Positions 49,658-64,000 of a DNA stretch of 64,000 nucleotides are shown piece by piece. The stretch comes from Daphnia carinata (taxonomy: Eukaryota). Below the pieces are notes generated by a model. It saw only the letters and a program-made list of their open reading frames with translations. It was not told the origin of the DNA and did no database searches. Both the position numbers and the translations under genes were made by a program. The DNA lies in NCBI RefSeq assembly GCF_022539665.2, contig NC_081331.1, positions 558,001 through 622,000 of the forward strand, in the 5' to 3' direction. How positions within the stretch are numbered: position 1 is the stretch's first letter; each line of letters starts with the position of its first letter.

Positions 49658-51561
49658 ATGGACGAAAGGCAAAAAATTCTGCGTGCAGTTAGCCACGGAG
49701 AAGTCGAAGTTTTGCGGGAAATGCATCGCCGCTGTCGGCTGGACTGGAATCAATGTATCTACGACAAAACTGGAGATTCAGCATTACATGTCGCGTCCAG
49801 AGCCGGTCATCATCTTGTTCTCAAGTTAATTTCCTTTAATAGCATTTATCCATGCTAAAAATATTAAAGTCTTGTGATATTAGGTATCTGCATGAAGAAG
49901 GAGGAATGAATCTGGAACAAGCAAACTTTGATGGAAAGCGACCTTTACATGACGCTGCACAGTTTTCACAGTTTCAGTGCGTGAAATATTTAATCAGCCA
50001 AGGTAAGCACGCTCCTGTCACTTCCCTTAAGAATTACCTTGTGATGACCACCCCATGTAAAGCGAATCACCATTTCTTATTTTAAACAAAAATATGATAG
50101 AGAAAAGAATCAAGAAAGGCATTTTTCTTCTGGGCTTTACTTGCGGTTATCAAATGGAATGCATTGCGCTGCAGTTGTGTAAAGCCTTGTGATTGTCATA
50201 GACACTGATATGTTTTACATATGAATGTGTATTTTTCCTATCGCATTTCAAGGTGTCGAAATCGACCCTATGAAACGAGCGGATTGGAGTCCCTTGATGT
50301 TGGCGTGCACCAAGCAAAATGACGCCATCGTAAAATTCCTGGCAGAGAACGGGGCATCGCCAAGATTGCGCAATAAAGATGGGTGGAATAGTTTTCATTT
50401 GGCTTGTCGAGAAGGCAACATATCTATTGTCAGTTATCTACTCAATCAAGACCCTACTTTACTGGAGAGTCGGAGCAAAAATGGACGAACGCCGTTACAC
50501 ACAGCGGGTATTAATGCGTACGAACACCAACCACCTCTATTCGTGAATCATGCTTTCTTTCAATTCACTAGCACTGCACGGACACCTTGAAATTGTAAAA
50601 TTACTGACTGAAAGATCTCAAAAGGATACGCAGGATATGAAAGATACTTGTGGAACAACTGCATTAATGGATGCCATTCGTGCTGGGCATGTATCGATCG
50701 CTCGGTATTTGGTTGATGCCAAAGTCGCTAGTTCCGAATGCTGGGACGGTTTAGGAAGAACACCTATCCATTTGGCAGCTCAGGTGCGTGAAATTTATTA
50801 CTTAATGGTTTTCTCCCATGTTTACGTTTGCTTTTTAACAAATGGAGGCTGGCTGCATTCCATCTATAGATTTTCTACTTGACGAATGTCACACCGATAT
50901 CAATTCTCCCGCTAGCGATCTGTCTCGACCATTACATTTGGCCGCTAGGGAAGGCCACGCCATAGCTGTTCAACATTTATTAGAACGAGAAGCAGATGAC
51001 TGCCTGAAAGATTCACATGGCAGAACAGGTATGTCTTTTAGTATCTTTAGCTATACGTTGCTTGGCTTCCTAAGGCTTGAAAATGTTGCTTTAATAATCA
51101 CCACGAGCCGGGTTGCTGTTCCATGTAATCCAATCGCCTGATCAACTTAGTTGTAGAAATGGATGAGGGACAAGCTTAAGCCGAGACCAGTACTCAAAAT
51201 CAAACATAATCAAAGCCTGCTTCATAGCTTTGCTGGAATCTAGAAACAAGTTTGGAGAGACCCTGTAGTTTACGTTTTATCGCATCCGTCCTCGGAAGTT
51301 TTCTCTCCGCAACCTTAAGGCATTCGTGTGCTACTAACTCTTGTCTTTAAAAAATCCTTGCACTTTCAAATGTCCTTCGTTAACTTAAATTGTTGTTTAG
51401 TTTTGATATCTGGTTACCAATTTCTCTTTTTTTTCTCCTTTTTTTTGAATAAATGTTTTATGTGCTGTTCGTGTTTTAAAGCCTTGAAGGTGGCAAAGGA
51501 TTATAACCAGCTCGGCTGTGTGCAACTCCTTGAAAAGACCGGACCAAACGACAGTATGTAG
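49658..51561 (+). CDS. ANKRD16: Ankyrin repeat domain-containing protein 16. Exons ~49658-49824, 49884-50001, ~50253-50507, 50572-50783, 50848-51028, 51482-51561
   Basis: Ankyrin repeats with ANKRD16-typical GKRPLHDAAQ, MKRADWSPLMLACTK, NKDGWNSFHLACREG and SKNGRTPLHTAALHG; AATAAA at 51630-51635. Confidence 0.88.
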
Positions 51562-51793
51562 ATCTATTCACTTCCTAATGCAATTTGTGTGCGATAAAAG
51601 GCTGTATTTGTACGTTTTGCGTCCTTGTCAATAAACGTGTAGTAACTCAAGGTTAATTGGACCGTTTTTTTTTTCTTTTTTACCAATTTTTTTTTTTACG
51701 AATTTCTGGTAGGATTAGTTTTACAATAAACCAGTTAAACAACGGCTGCGTTTTCCCTAAGGTTAATGGAAAACGAATTATTCTTACCTTTTA

Positions 51794-51808
51794 GGCCGCT
51801 AGATGGTT
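51794..51808 (+). promoter_or_regulatory. CTCF-like/promoter motif upstream of ZNG1
   Basis: GGCCGCTAGATGGTT about 140 nt before the ATG; partial match to CCRCTAGATGGC. Confidence 0.3.
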
Positions 51809-51947
51809 CTTGGTTGCCGCCTTTGTTTACAAATGTCTGAAAGTTGACATCTATCTTGTTTGTCGTCTGAATGCGTCGTCTGCAATTTTGTTTTGGAAAG
51901 TTAATCTAAAAAAATAAGAATTTAGCCACCAATCAAAATTATGAATC

Positions 51948-54259
51948 ATGGAAAATTTTGATGATTCTGACACTATCCCCGACCTTGTTGTTATTGTGGA
52001 CGATGCGCAGTTGATAGATTCATCTATTTCTGATAGTGCTAATGTCCAAACCGTGCCTGTAACTATCGTTACTGGTTTTTTGGGAGCCGGCAAAACCACC
52101 TTTCTCAATTTTGTGTTGACTGAACAGCATGAAAAAAGAATTGCTGTTATTCTGAATGAGTTTGGTGAAGGTTAGAAAATTTCTAATGTGAAAATCTTAA
52201 TAGCGACAATGTTTGCCAAAATTTCCTTTTAAAAATTCAGGCAGTGTCCTAGAAAAAAGCCTGGCAGTAGGGACGCAAGGAGATTTATATGAAGAATGGC
52301 TAGAACTACGTAATGGTTGTCTTTGCTGCTCAGTTAAGTGTGTACTCTAAGATATAATAGTTTAACAGGTTTTTTTAATGCATATTATTTTCAGAGATAA
52401 TGGAGTGAAAGCAATAGAAAACCTGATGAAGAAAAAGGGTAGGTTTGACTACATTCTTTTGGAGACTACTGGCTTGGCTGATCCTGGTAAATACATTCTG
52501 GTATGGCTGCTTCTCTGATCACCATTCACTGCAACTTTTAGTTTTTTTTCCCAACAGGACCAATTGCTTCACTTTTTTGGCTGGACAGTGAGCTCTGCAG
52601 TGATATTCATCTAGACGGTAAGACAATAGAATTCAGATTTATAGAACAGAATTCTTTACACATTCCATAGTGTCATGTGCTCCTCTCAACAACCTTCAAG
52701 TTTGGTTAGTGGTATTGTTTAGCGGGGTCGCTTGCCTGAATTCAGGTTTGTGACGGCAATATCAGACTGTTACGTGCGCTGTAGAATTCAAACGTTTAAC
52801 GACATAGCATAAAATAGAACAGGGAATCAAATATTCTTTTTCATTTTAATCGTTGCATCTATTCGAATTTCGTTAACGAGCTTTAATTGTACGCCTGTTT
52901 AAATTTCCAGGCATAATAACGTTGGTCGACGCCAAACACGGATTAAGGGTGGGAAGCAAAAACAAAATCCTTTTTTAAAACACAGACTAATGTAAACTCT
53001 TTCTCAATTAAGCAAATTAATGAGAAGAAACCAGATGGTTCAGTCAACGAAGCCATAAGGTAAAGCAATATTTTGCGTTTATTCTTTAAATTGCAACTAA
53101 GAAGTAAAATTCTCTCTTTCCGTTCCAGACAAATCGCGCTGGCCGACGTTATTGTGATAAATAAAGAAGACCTCGTCACAAAAGAGGACCTTTTAGAATT
53201 GAAAAATCACGTTCAGTATGTTGTTTTGTTTATTTCATTTCCATTTCTTTTCATACTTTATTCGGTAATTTCATATCAACGGCGCAAAATGCATTCTTTC
53301 AACGTTAAAGCCAATTGATCTTTTACAGGGCTATTAATAGCGAAGCAACTTTCGTTACCACTCAACACGGCAGGTATAGGGAACTAGAATTTAACTTTCC
53401 ACGTCAGTGTGATAAAAATCCTAATATTCTAGGGTCAATCTGGAAGCTGTACTGGATCTAGGGCTCTATTACCAAACGACCAACCGCAGGTGAATTCAAA
53501 GTTTTAACTATCGAGGTTCAGTAATGACTTCCACTGAAATTACCATTTCAGTTTGACATTTCTGCATAGGAAATTTTTAGAAAATCTGTATTTTTCCTTC
53601 TATATTTAGGCCTTTTGAAAATACCCCGGCAAAATTTTCTAGTCCGTCAAACAGTCATCTGGATTTGGTAAGTAACGACATTGCAATACATGTAAATGAA
53701 TCCAATATTTATGACGGCTTTACAAGTCTGTACGTAGCGTGACGCTCGAATTGAATGAACGGCTCACCCCAGAGATTGTAGACGCCTACTTACAACGTCT
53801 TTTGTGGGAAAAAGATGTAGTTAATTCGGAAGGATTGACGCTTGAAATATTCCGTTTAAAGGTATGCTTCTAGGCCGTTTCTGAATCTAATCGGGTTCTT
53901 ATGCCAACCTTATTATCTTACGTTACGTGGTAAAAATGCAGGGTATCGTACGGTATTCACAGCCGGAATCAGAATCCTCATCCGTTGTCATCATTCAAGC
54001 CGTTTACGACACATACGACGTAATGCCAATCAAACCAGAAGCGTCCGAAGCAGGAAATCTGAGCTTAGAACCCGATGCCCGCTTTGTTTTTATCGGTGAG
54101 TGAGTACGTAACCCTAACTAGCTATCAAATCAATGTTCCGTAACATCTATCAAAATAGGTTGTTGTTCATCATTCTTTCTCATTCGGCATCTTGCAGGTC
54201 GCAATTTAGAACTGCTTACCCTGAGAAACGTCTTGTTGCAGCTCCTTCATCCTGATTAA
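51948..54259 (+). CDS. ZNG1: Zn-regulated GTPase metalloprotein activator 1 (COG0523/CobW family, CBWD); about 13 exons
   Basis: [16 protein letters not shown] (Walker A), [19 protein letters not shown] (CxCC), [12 protein letters not shown] (Walker B), [34 protein letters not shown] at 54257-54259; AATAAA at 54304-54309. Confidence 0.93.
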
Positions 54260-57200
54260 CAGCATGGCTAATGGTATCAGTCAGACTTTCCCCACGCACT
54301 TTCAATAAAAACCGAAAGTTTGAATTCCAAGAATGAAACGTTTAGCTTATTCTTCATGTGTCTCGTTCACTTCCCGTGTTGGGTTAGATCAAACGTGGTG
54401 TCGGCTGTAGATCAGTCACAACTATTCAAACATCATTTTCTTTTCGAAACAATTTCGCAGAATTCAATGGTCGGGATCAGCTTTCCCAAACCAGACTGCG
54501 TCTTTTTCTCGCATCGAGTTGAGAATTCATCTGAGATATCTACATCCCTTCCAAGAATTATTTTGTTGCCCTTGCAGTATTAGGTGTCGCGAATTTTGTC
54601 TGTATTACCGGGGATAACATCATTGCCTTTAAGTGGGATCCGAATCCAACATGAGCCAGGATGGCCTTGGCGAAATCGTTAAATTACCAAGTTTTGGACG
54701 AAACACGACGGACATTCGCTACTTGTTAAGGAAATTGTGGTAACGGAAACGCGCGGTCCGCCAACTCAAATTGCTCGTGATTAAAGGTACGTTTATCTGC
54801 GCTAATGTTCTTGTTGTATTTTCGCTATCACAAGGCATTTTCAATCACATCTTTGACAAACCAAAGATATGACACGTTAGATTGGCGATAATTCATTGTC
54901 GGGTATAAATATCAAGGGACTGGCGGTCAGCGAAGCGCATTGGCCATGATGTAAGAATGAAGCCATTAAGGGCGAAAATAGCTTCATGAATATCGTGGTA
55001 TTTTCAAGAGCAAAAGCAGCGAGGAAGAAAAGAAGCAAAAAAGAAACATTCGCCATTATGTCGCTTTAATCCGCATCAGCGCTAGCAAATCGTTTGGCTA
55101 GTCGCGGATCGAAAATCACAAGACGACAATCAAAAATCGAACGGGTTTTGCCAATCGTTTGATGCCAGGAAGAGGAAAAGAAGATGAATGCAAAACGACG
55201 TTTCGTCACCAACGTTTTTTCGACGATGAATAAGTCTCTTGTTTGTTGGTCGGTTAGTTTCTTGGTGAATAATGCGTCTCATTTGCTTTGATGTGGCGGG
55301 ACGGGTGCTGGGATCAGCGGACGGGATTGTATTAGGGCGTTCTTTGTCCATCAAAAGTCTCTAGACCAAAGGAAGAAAAGACTATAAGCGAGAAAGCCAC
55401 CAAGAAAAACCGGAGGGGTGTAACGAGCGTCGATTGTGCCCGCATACAACGTTTGCGAGATCCGACGAGTATATTTTTTTGTCTGTTGGGTGGTGGGGAC
55501 CAAATTGAATCATTCCGCAGGAGGCCTCGACGATGTCTAAGATAAGTGATTTTTGCTCTGCGCAACCGTTATATTCGCATGCGCCGCCTGAATAATCAAC
55601 TTGTCTGCTCGTTCGGCTGGAAAGCGATCCAGCTAGCTAACTATAACTTCGAACGACGAAAAAAGCCAAAAAGCACTAGAATACGGTACACGGCAGCTAG
55701 AGGGATATTTTTTTTTTTTTTTTTTTTTTTTTAAAGGGAGAGGGGATGTACTAAACGGGAAAGTGATGCTACTAAACGCCATACACCCCCGGACCGAAGA
55801 GGGGGATCACCCGACAGCAGCGTCACTCAAGTGTCTCTCGGTCAGCAATGCTGCACAAATTCGATTCGGATCCGTTTCTTATCCCTTAGCAGCGCTATTC
55901 TTTTCTTTCCTCCCTTGCGCTATGCTTATAATTCAATGGAAAAAAAACCAGCACTTGAAGCAAAAGGACCTCCTTTTGCTCATACCCAACTTTTTTCTTC
56001 TTATCGTCTCTCTGTTAGCGCCATTGCTCCTCTTCAAATACACACTGCCTGGGAGTACATAGAAAGCATATATACTCAGCGCTATTGTAATGACATTTGG
56101 CGTTTTGGATGATTGTCACAAGAGGTTTCGCCGCTTCTTGCCTCGCTGTGATACACGTCAAAACGGCACAAGAGGCACAATGATTGGATTAAGGCGCTAT
56201 CCGGCCTTCTGTCTTTCAAATTTTCAAAATTGGTGGGCGAGTTTTCTTCTGCACCCGTCTTTGGCTAGACAACAATATCTAACGAAGGAGTCTATAAAAG
56301 GATCAAAAATCATGTTTAATGATGTACGGCAGATAGGCCCCTTCAAGTCGTTTGATAATCAGATTGATGAATTTGCATAGTCATGAACTGCGCATCACAT
56401 TATCCGCCCGCATATTCAAAACTGGCCACTATTTAATGAGTGACGTTGATTGGCTCCTCGACGGCTGGATCGCGTTGCAAAACGTGCATCCGCTGATTGC
56501 AATTTTGAAAACTGAACCAGTTGGAGTCAACGATCTTATCAATGACGCTAGTTGCCTTTCTTATGTACTAAAGTATATCAACTGAAAACGAAATCATTTA
56601 GACTTGCGTGTGAGTTATCCGACATACCGGCTGTCATTAGAAAAAAAAAACGCATGAAAAGCCACGGCCAACACATGTGAAGTGGCTTTAAGTTGGATGA
56701 TAGTGGGGACTCTTTTGATCACTTCAAACCTTTCAGGCGAAAAAAATATATAGCTATGTAAGTGACTACGGAAAAAAAAAAGAAGCTAAAAGTGGAAGAG
56801 CAAGTTTATGGGCGAGGGCTCTCAATACGCGGCTATAGAAGAATAAAGCAACCGGCGCTACAGACTAAAATGGCGATTGCCCGTGCGCAGACCTGCAGCT
56901 CGTAAAAAACACGATGACGGGGGGGCGCGTGAAATAACCATAAAAACAGAGGGAATGTAAAAAAAAATATATGTGACACACAAAAAAAAACCAAAAGTCA
57001 AAGCATTGGCAAGCTGGTGACAAACATTACCGTCTGGCGTGTTGACGTCGATTGCGGGGGAGGTCAATCTACGCGACCACACCAGATGGTCTGACACATC
57101 AAACCGCATCCTCCCCTCATTCTTCCCCCCCAAAAAATGGCCATTATTATAATTCATTAATAGTGATTAATAGACTCTTCTTTTTCAGTGATTGTGGGGG

Positions 57201-60200
57201 CGGGTGATAGAGGCCGTAAAGCTGCTGTACATCGAGTCTTGATTAAATGTCGTCTATAAACACCTCTGCCTCCCCTTGTTGTATGCACACACAATTCCCA
57301 GTATATAGGCCTAGTGTATATTTACCCTTTTCATTGGTCTCGAAGGTGCTGACAATGATATTCATATATGTATTGAAAAACGGGAAAAAGGCAATATGCG
57401 CGGATGGCAGTAAACTTGTTCTTTTTTGGGGCTCCTCTGTATCTGTGATTGTCATTCAAATGAGACGACGCAAAACCAATCTGTTGACGAACTGCAGAAG
57501 AGTCAAGCAAACAATTCACCCAGTTCGAGTTACGACAGAAGATCATTTCACTATTTCTTAATACAATTTGATTTCCACTGAAATTCCATTCACATTAAAA
57601 AAAACCAGCTTTTATTTAAATACAAAAAGCAATGGTTACAATTAACTGCTGCGCCTGATCAACTGAACTGATTGGTAAAGAGGCCATTAGGAATTGACAT
57701 ATAGGTGTACTGATATCAGAAGAATAGAAACTTTGAATTCATTCTGTCTCTATTCGATGTTGGTTTCAGTGAATATATGGCTATTGAAGACGGGATTGTT
57801 TCCCCTCTCCGCCTCCTCACGCCCTTCATTGTATAACAGGATGTCAGGAGGAGGATAGAAGGCGTGTATTCATGACGGCCGCATTCGACTAAACAGGGGA
57901 GGGGATGTTTCGGGTTATAACATTTACATTGATATGGGTCGCCATGTAATAGAATTCATTGGCCATATAGACTACCTTATCCCCCCCCCCCCCCCCCTCT
58001 TCGATAGTGTCTCTCCACTTTCTCACAGACAGAAGGTCATAAGGTGACTAGCAAACGTAATTGGGTGGGCGAGTTCTTTTCTATTCTCGCCTGATGTGCG
58101 TGTGGCAGTGTGTATCAGTAGGAAAGGAACGAAGGCTCTTTCTTAATTGATCCGTTTAATTTGCACCGTCCGTATAGGATCATTAGCTTGCAGTGACGGC
58201 CATTGCCTCCGTCCCAATCGGAAGATTGACGATGAGAATCTACATTCGACTGAAGACAGCCATTTTCTCTCGGTTTTTGCCCTTTCTTCCTTTTTTTTTT
58301 TAGAACGTCACTTGTCTTTTGTGTGACAATCGCTGAGTGGGTGGCGTAAGAGATTTGGGTTGTGGTCGCCAATCGAATCACAGGAGATGAAGAATAAAAA
58401 AAAAAAAAAGAAAAATCCCGAACGGATTTTTTGTCATCTCTTTTGTTCAATTTGTACACGAAGAGAAAAGCGACTGCTTTCCTTGCCGAACAAAAGGACG
58501 TTTGCTGAGCCTCTCGCCTCTATGTCTAACCTTTAGCTGTCAATTGTGCCAATGTCGTTCATATACATTCGCTTTGCCCCACAAAAAAATAGAATGCCCG
58601 ATCAAGATTCTCATTTTGTTTGAATCAATAATTACATTCGTTCAATTGTTATCACCGTGAAAAATAAGAAATCCGATTTCGGGGTGAAATCAATCAATTC
58701 CGAAAGACATGTAAATCTCGTAACAAAGGTTAGGTCTACATTTTTTCTATACGGGCCCTATAAAGTACAGCATCACAAACTGTTTAATCAAATACTCGTC
58801 AGGGACTAAGAAGCCCTCGATAGTGAGGCTTTAATACTCATCTTTAGCACATAAGAGACAGGCTTCAACTCTCTGTATGTTTGTATGCATGTGTGTTATA
58901 TAAAGCACTTCATTCAAATCGTGATCCCGTCCATCACGGTCACAAGATTGCATAATCCCCCCTTCCCCACTTGCGCTAATCCGCCCTTCTCCAAGCACTG
59001 CTAGGCTTGCACACATATTTGCCCACGCGTTCAATGACTGTATAAACGAACAAAACAGCCCCATCATCTATTGTATGTTGTGTATTCGCATCGGATTTTT
59101 TTAAATTTATTTTTTTACTATGCCGTTCCAGCGAATGGTGTACATCATCTTCTATTTTTTTTCATTCAGGTTTCTTCAACCGATGATGACAAACAAACAC
59201 ACGATTATAGTTGTGTGTGCACACAGACTTAATCGTCCCAGATTATATACACACACACACATACATCTACCGTCTTTTTTCGGTGTGTTCCATCATGATG
59301 ATGCTGTTCCCCCTATAGCGTCACACCTCCCCACAGCCATGAAATCCATCGATAATACCTCAGCATCTGTCAGCTGTCTTGATCGTTTCAACCTTCAACA
59401 TCAGTTTATTTATACTATTAATTTTTTTTTTATCGCAACATTTAGTTTCTTTTTTCTTTTTCGAAATGGGGGATCTATTCTTTATCACTTGATGTGTGTA
59501 TTCAACCCACTGATGCAATTTCAATGAAAAAAAAAAAAGAAAGCTAAATTTTGGGTGCTCTATTATTACGAATTATTTGGTGTCGATTGTGTATGTTCAC
59601 CACACAATCAAGACCTTATAATCGGTTAACTAAATATCGAGCATTTAATGCGGCCTGTGTACACAGAGCCTTCCACTAACCTTTTCCTAAAAGATTGACA
59701 GATTTTATCCTCCTTTATTCAAAACCGACAAACAAAAAATGAGAAATTTCGGTTCGGAAAAAAAAAGGATGTCTAAACAAATCACCGAATCATTTTTGTT
59801 TGTTTAGTTTTTTCTTTTGTTTTTTTTTGTTTTTAGTCCCTTCCGGAGAAGCTTTTCTCTAGCCAGGCAGGAAAATCTATTAATCAGACGAATATCAAAG
59901 CCCATTGTCGTTGACAAATTCTATAAAACAATCAAACAACCAAAGCTTTGCCTTATTTCTCTCCTCTCTCTTAAGAATCTGATATAGATCCACAAGAAAA
60001 ACAGCAATGTAAACGGTTCTAACAGATGAGAATCATACATTTCAGAATTACATTTAGCCTCTCTTGAGATGGAAAACAAATGCAGATAATGAAAAAGATA
60101 TAGACAAAAAAAAAAAAAATAATAATAAAGCGTTTCTTCTTCAGAGAAGACCCCCTCCTCTGGTATCTTTTGATTGTTGGCGGTTTGGAGTGTATTCTTA

Positions 60201-63200
60201 TAATGGCGATAGAGGAAGACGGGTAGTAAGTGTTTGGGTGTGTATACGCGTATATACAAGAACGCAGTCAGCCGTTCACATGAGACGAGAGCTTTGAAAT
60301 ATTTTCATTTTCGAAGAAAGAAACGCTGGAAATTTAAGCTTTTTGCTTAAGTAGGTGTGAAAATCTTTAGCCTCTCTGTCGGCCGCATTCTCATTTTGTC
60401 TTTTCTTTTCACTTTCCTCTCAATTCACTGATTCTCCGTAGTTTCGTACGGCAGCCCAGTAGCGGTACGCACTTTGAGGCATTATTGCCTTTCCCTTTTG
60501 CTCCTTCTTTTTCACTGAGGCGGTTTGCAAGATTTTTCATCAATCGCTATTCAGGCCAATAACAGAAAGACCACACTCGATAGTTGGCAAACAACTTTGA
60601 TCATATCGCTCAATTACAGACACACAAAAAAATAAGGTTTTACTTTGATGCGTCGGACTCCCTCCGTTGTCGATTACCTGCCTTGGTGTTGTTCTTATTA
60701 TTATTTCCTTCGCCATCTCAGTTGTTGTCCTGATCGCTTCCTTTTTTATTTTTTTTATTTTTAGTAAATAGTTAATCGAGTCCTGGCCGTGTTCTTTTCT
60801 TTGAAAGGAGTTGTGCGCACGCCGACATTCTATGCGGCGGAAACTGAAGCCTGGCCAACTTACAACGTCTTTGACGTTGATTTCAGGCCTGTACGCCAGC
60901 AATTTAACATTTTGTTAACTGCCTACAAAACTCGTGAATGTAGTTTGAATGCGGGTCGTATATACGATGCAAGGATTATTTTTGATGCGCTGTTTTGAAT
61001 GTTTTCCAACACTTATGTACGCCAAAAACGGATAGAAGGAGAGCATATTTAATCTGCATAAATAGTGGTACGAGGATGCTCTTACAAAGAGGCTATAAAT
61101 GCACAATGAAATCTGGGCATATTGCCAAGTGGAATGTCAACATTGTCCATAAAGTTAACAACGATCTACGTGTGCTGGAACGGCGAACGCGAGCGTAAGA
61201 AGTTCGATCCACGATCCACTGTCCTAAGGACATTTTTCACAGCCGTTTTTCTTTGTTTGACACGGCAAAGAGCTTAACCACTATTTGATACAAAAGGAAA
61301 AAAAATATATATTTGTTCAATGGAACATGTATGGAACACGGATGCAGGAAGAGATCCCTTCCTTAACGGTCGTATTTTCACGTGGATGTGCCTCGGGAAG
61401 GCTGGTTATGCAACGCCGATGGATATGCCAATGGCATCATAGCTAAAATGAGATCGGCTTGAAATTTGTCTTGAAATATGAACGGACGAACGTTTCATTC
61501 GCTGTGGTGCGTGAAAGAGTTGTCCCGCACTGTGTTAACGTGCTAGCCATAACATTTTCAGCGTGGCCAATCCAATTTCCGGCTTTTTATGAAGTTGTTA
61601 AGCGAGTTCACCACAAGTTTAATCAAGCCGCCCGTAACAAGAAGCGTTGATATTGTCGAACATACAAAGACCCACTTCGAATGTAATACAAACTGAACTT
61701 TGCAGCTTTTCAGCTGATGTGTTTGCCTTGGCACAACTTCGAACGCGGCTCTATACCAAAAGTCAACGTCAATTCTGTTTTTTCTCGCAAACAACAACTT
61801 GATATTGAGTTGCTAACCGAGTGGTGTTTCATTTCGGCGAAGGATACGACACCTTGGGTGCCGAATATATCAATTCGTTGGGTGATCAAATCATCATTCA
61901 AGCGTGACGATATATTGAAAAGCTCATTCAAGCCATCAGACCCTGTCTCACTTTTGCTGGAGTTACGTAGGACTATACATGCGTGTACTTGTTGCCATGC
62001 CACCAGTACTTCCCCCCTCCGTTGTCAATACAATCTGATAGGGTGGAAAACAAAATTGACACTCTACAATATTGAGAAAATAATAATAAGCTGTTTGGCG
62101 TATTTAGATCTAAAAATAGACGAAACGGCAGGTGCTGTTGCTTCCATTCGAAATGAAATAGCACGTTCAAAAACAAATTTCACGCTGCTCTATACCGCTT
62201 TGTTGTCGTATCGCCGTGTTTGATTGTCATTGTATCATATTATTATTCCCTCCCAATCGTCGTATCTGTGCGATGCGTGAGTGAGCGATTTATGTAAATG
62301 TGTTGCGTTATTACTTACGACGTTTGGATTCGAGAAACGCCCGACTGATGAGATTGTTATCATCGTTCCACTAAACGTTGCCTCGCCTTGTTTCGTGTCC
62401 TGACTCTGTTTCCATTAAACGATTTCTTTTGTACAACTGACTCTCTTGTTGTTATTACGTGTTTCTCTTCTAAACGGATGAATCTCTTTTGGGGCTGATC
62501 TTATCCATCCTGGGAACTGCTACCGAGACCTGTAAAACAGCCGGATGTGAGCAGTTTGTCAACACATCTGGAACACACAAAGCCAACGAAACTATCAAAC
62601 GAAAGAGAACTCTGAATTCAGGAGAACAATCGCACACCATCTTGTTGTCTATACGCTTCGAAAATAGGCGGCCAAAACAATAGGGCGGGATGGCATATAG
62701 ATAACGACAAAGAGTCTCATTGATGCGGAAGCCTATTGTTGTTGTGTCTTCGACGTTTGCACACAATTGTATACAGTTTGCTGTGTACCTCTCTATCAAA
62801 AGGTGGCACGCTACCGACTTGTTTCGAACTGGGGATTCTTCTCGGAATTGGCATCATCAGACAACAACACGCACCCGACACGCTTTCTCTGTCTTTATCT
62901 TCTTCTTTAATAGTCCCAGTTTCTCCCGTTTATTTGAATGCCGACTGGGTGTCCTGGTTTGTCCGCGCGTCTGTTGCGCCTGAAAAACAGAGGCAGTCCC
63001 TTGACCGGCTGATGTTTGCGCACGCAAACGAAAAAATAAATACACATTCCTGCATAGTTATGTAGTGCAGGACAACAAATAAAATCGCGGCGAATGCTTG
63101 AAAAAAGAAAAGGGAAATGAAAAAGGGCTTTTGTCTCTTGCCGTCAGTCGATTCGTATGGCCGTTCGCGGGTCCTCGATCTCATCTGGTTTTTTTAAAGG

Positions 63201-64000
63201 GTATGGTGCCGCGGACCAATATTTATACACGCGGTTGCTGCTTTGTAAAGAGAAATTGAAAAAAAAAAAAAAAATGCGGCATACAAATACAACAAGTTCA
63301 ATCCCCCCCCCCAAAAAAAAAAAGAATAAGAATGGCTCTATTGTGTGTTGGTCCTCGCGCTATTCTTTGACGGCTACTTCCCTGATTTCTAAAATAAAAA
63401 AAAAAGGAAGACAAGAATAAAAGAGCGGTATGGTTCCGGTGATCGATTGAAAGTTTTTTGAGTCGGTATTTAAAGCACAAAAGGCCTTTCTTTCCATCGA
63501 TGTATATAGACATGGTTGGCTGTGTAAGGCACACGCCGACATCTCGACCCTTCCATTCGTGGAATAAAACGTTCGTTTACGGGGGTTAATTGAACTTTAA
63601 AACATGGCATTCACCGTCATTTAGGAATGGAAGAAATACAAGTCAATGATCTATCATTCTTCATCTATAATTTCATTGAAACTATAATTCAATGTTAAAT
63701 GCCTTTCTCAGTTGCCATCACGTGTGAGGGCAACTTAAGCAATAGTTAATACACCCTCCCGTTATTTCGTTCCCACACGCAATCTCTATTTACTAAACAC
63801 AGCCAGAGTAACATTAACAGCTTGTTTTCCAGCGTTTAGCTACTGCCCTCTAATCTCTCCGAGCATCCGTGTGCAGGGCCGTTTCAAATGATGTTGGACA
63901 TCTTTCCACTACGTGCTGTACAAAAAAAGGACTAATACAATTTTCTTTTTTTTCTTTTTTTTGTAACAAACTTCCGATTCTCCCGCTGATTTTGTTTCCC

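Noticed and set aside
3027..54259. Stop-codon readthrough or selenocysteine recoding
   Set aside because: Stops fall at the expected family C-termini, with no TGA-C context and no in-frame TGA inside conserved domains
54320..64000. Many 60-168 aa ORFs in the last 10 kb (e.g. 61717-62223 +, 61710-62003 -) and an acceptor-like site near 62529
   Set aside because: No recognisable domains, low-complexity A/T-run composition and no phase-consistent exon chain; probably intergenic or a large intron, although UTR or lncRNA exons cannot be excluded

Overview
Eukaryotic, AT-rich, intron-dense genomic DNA. Most introns are 55-80 nt, and gene content and intron size suggest a small-genome arthropod such as Daphnia (inference). 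The ORF track only fragments the genes, so models were rebuilt by hand from splice sites. In order: (1) the 3' part of a Cys-rich, probably GPI-anchored extracellular protein gene (+) containing two tandem 240-nt paralogous exons that look mutually exclusive; (2) a tRNA-derived fragment; (3) three tandem, intact but divergent EF-hand NADPH oxidase (NOX5-like) genes (-); (4) a class A peptide-type GPCR (-) with a very long third intracellular loop and a CWxP to CWGS change; (5) LAMTOR5 (-); (6) a foldback/MITE-like inverted-repeat element; (7) an uncharacterised nuclear protein with an NRF1/Ewg-like WWP region and a zinc finger (-); (8) ANKRD16 (+); (9) ZNG1/CBWD (+); (10) about 10 kb with no supportable gene. 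The most interesting signals are the candidate mutually exclusive exon pair, the NOX5 triplication with paralog-specific EF-hand, B-loop and insert changes, and three frame-required GC-AG introns with non-consensus donors. No CRISPR, rRNA or prokaryotic systems are present.
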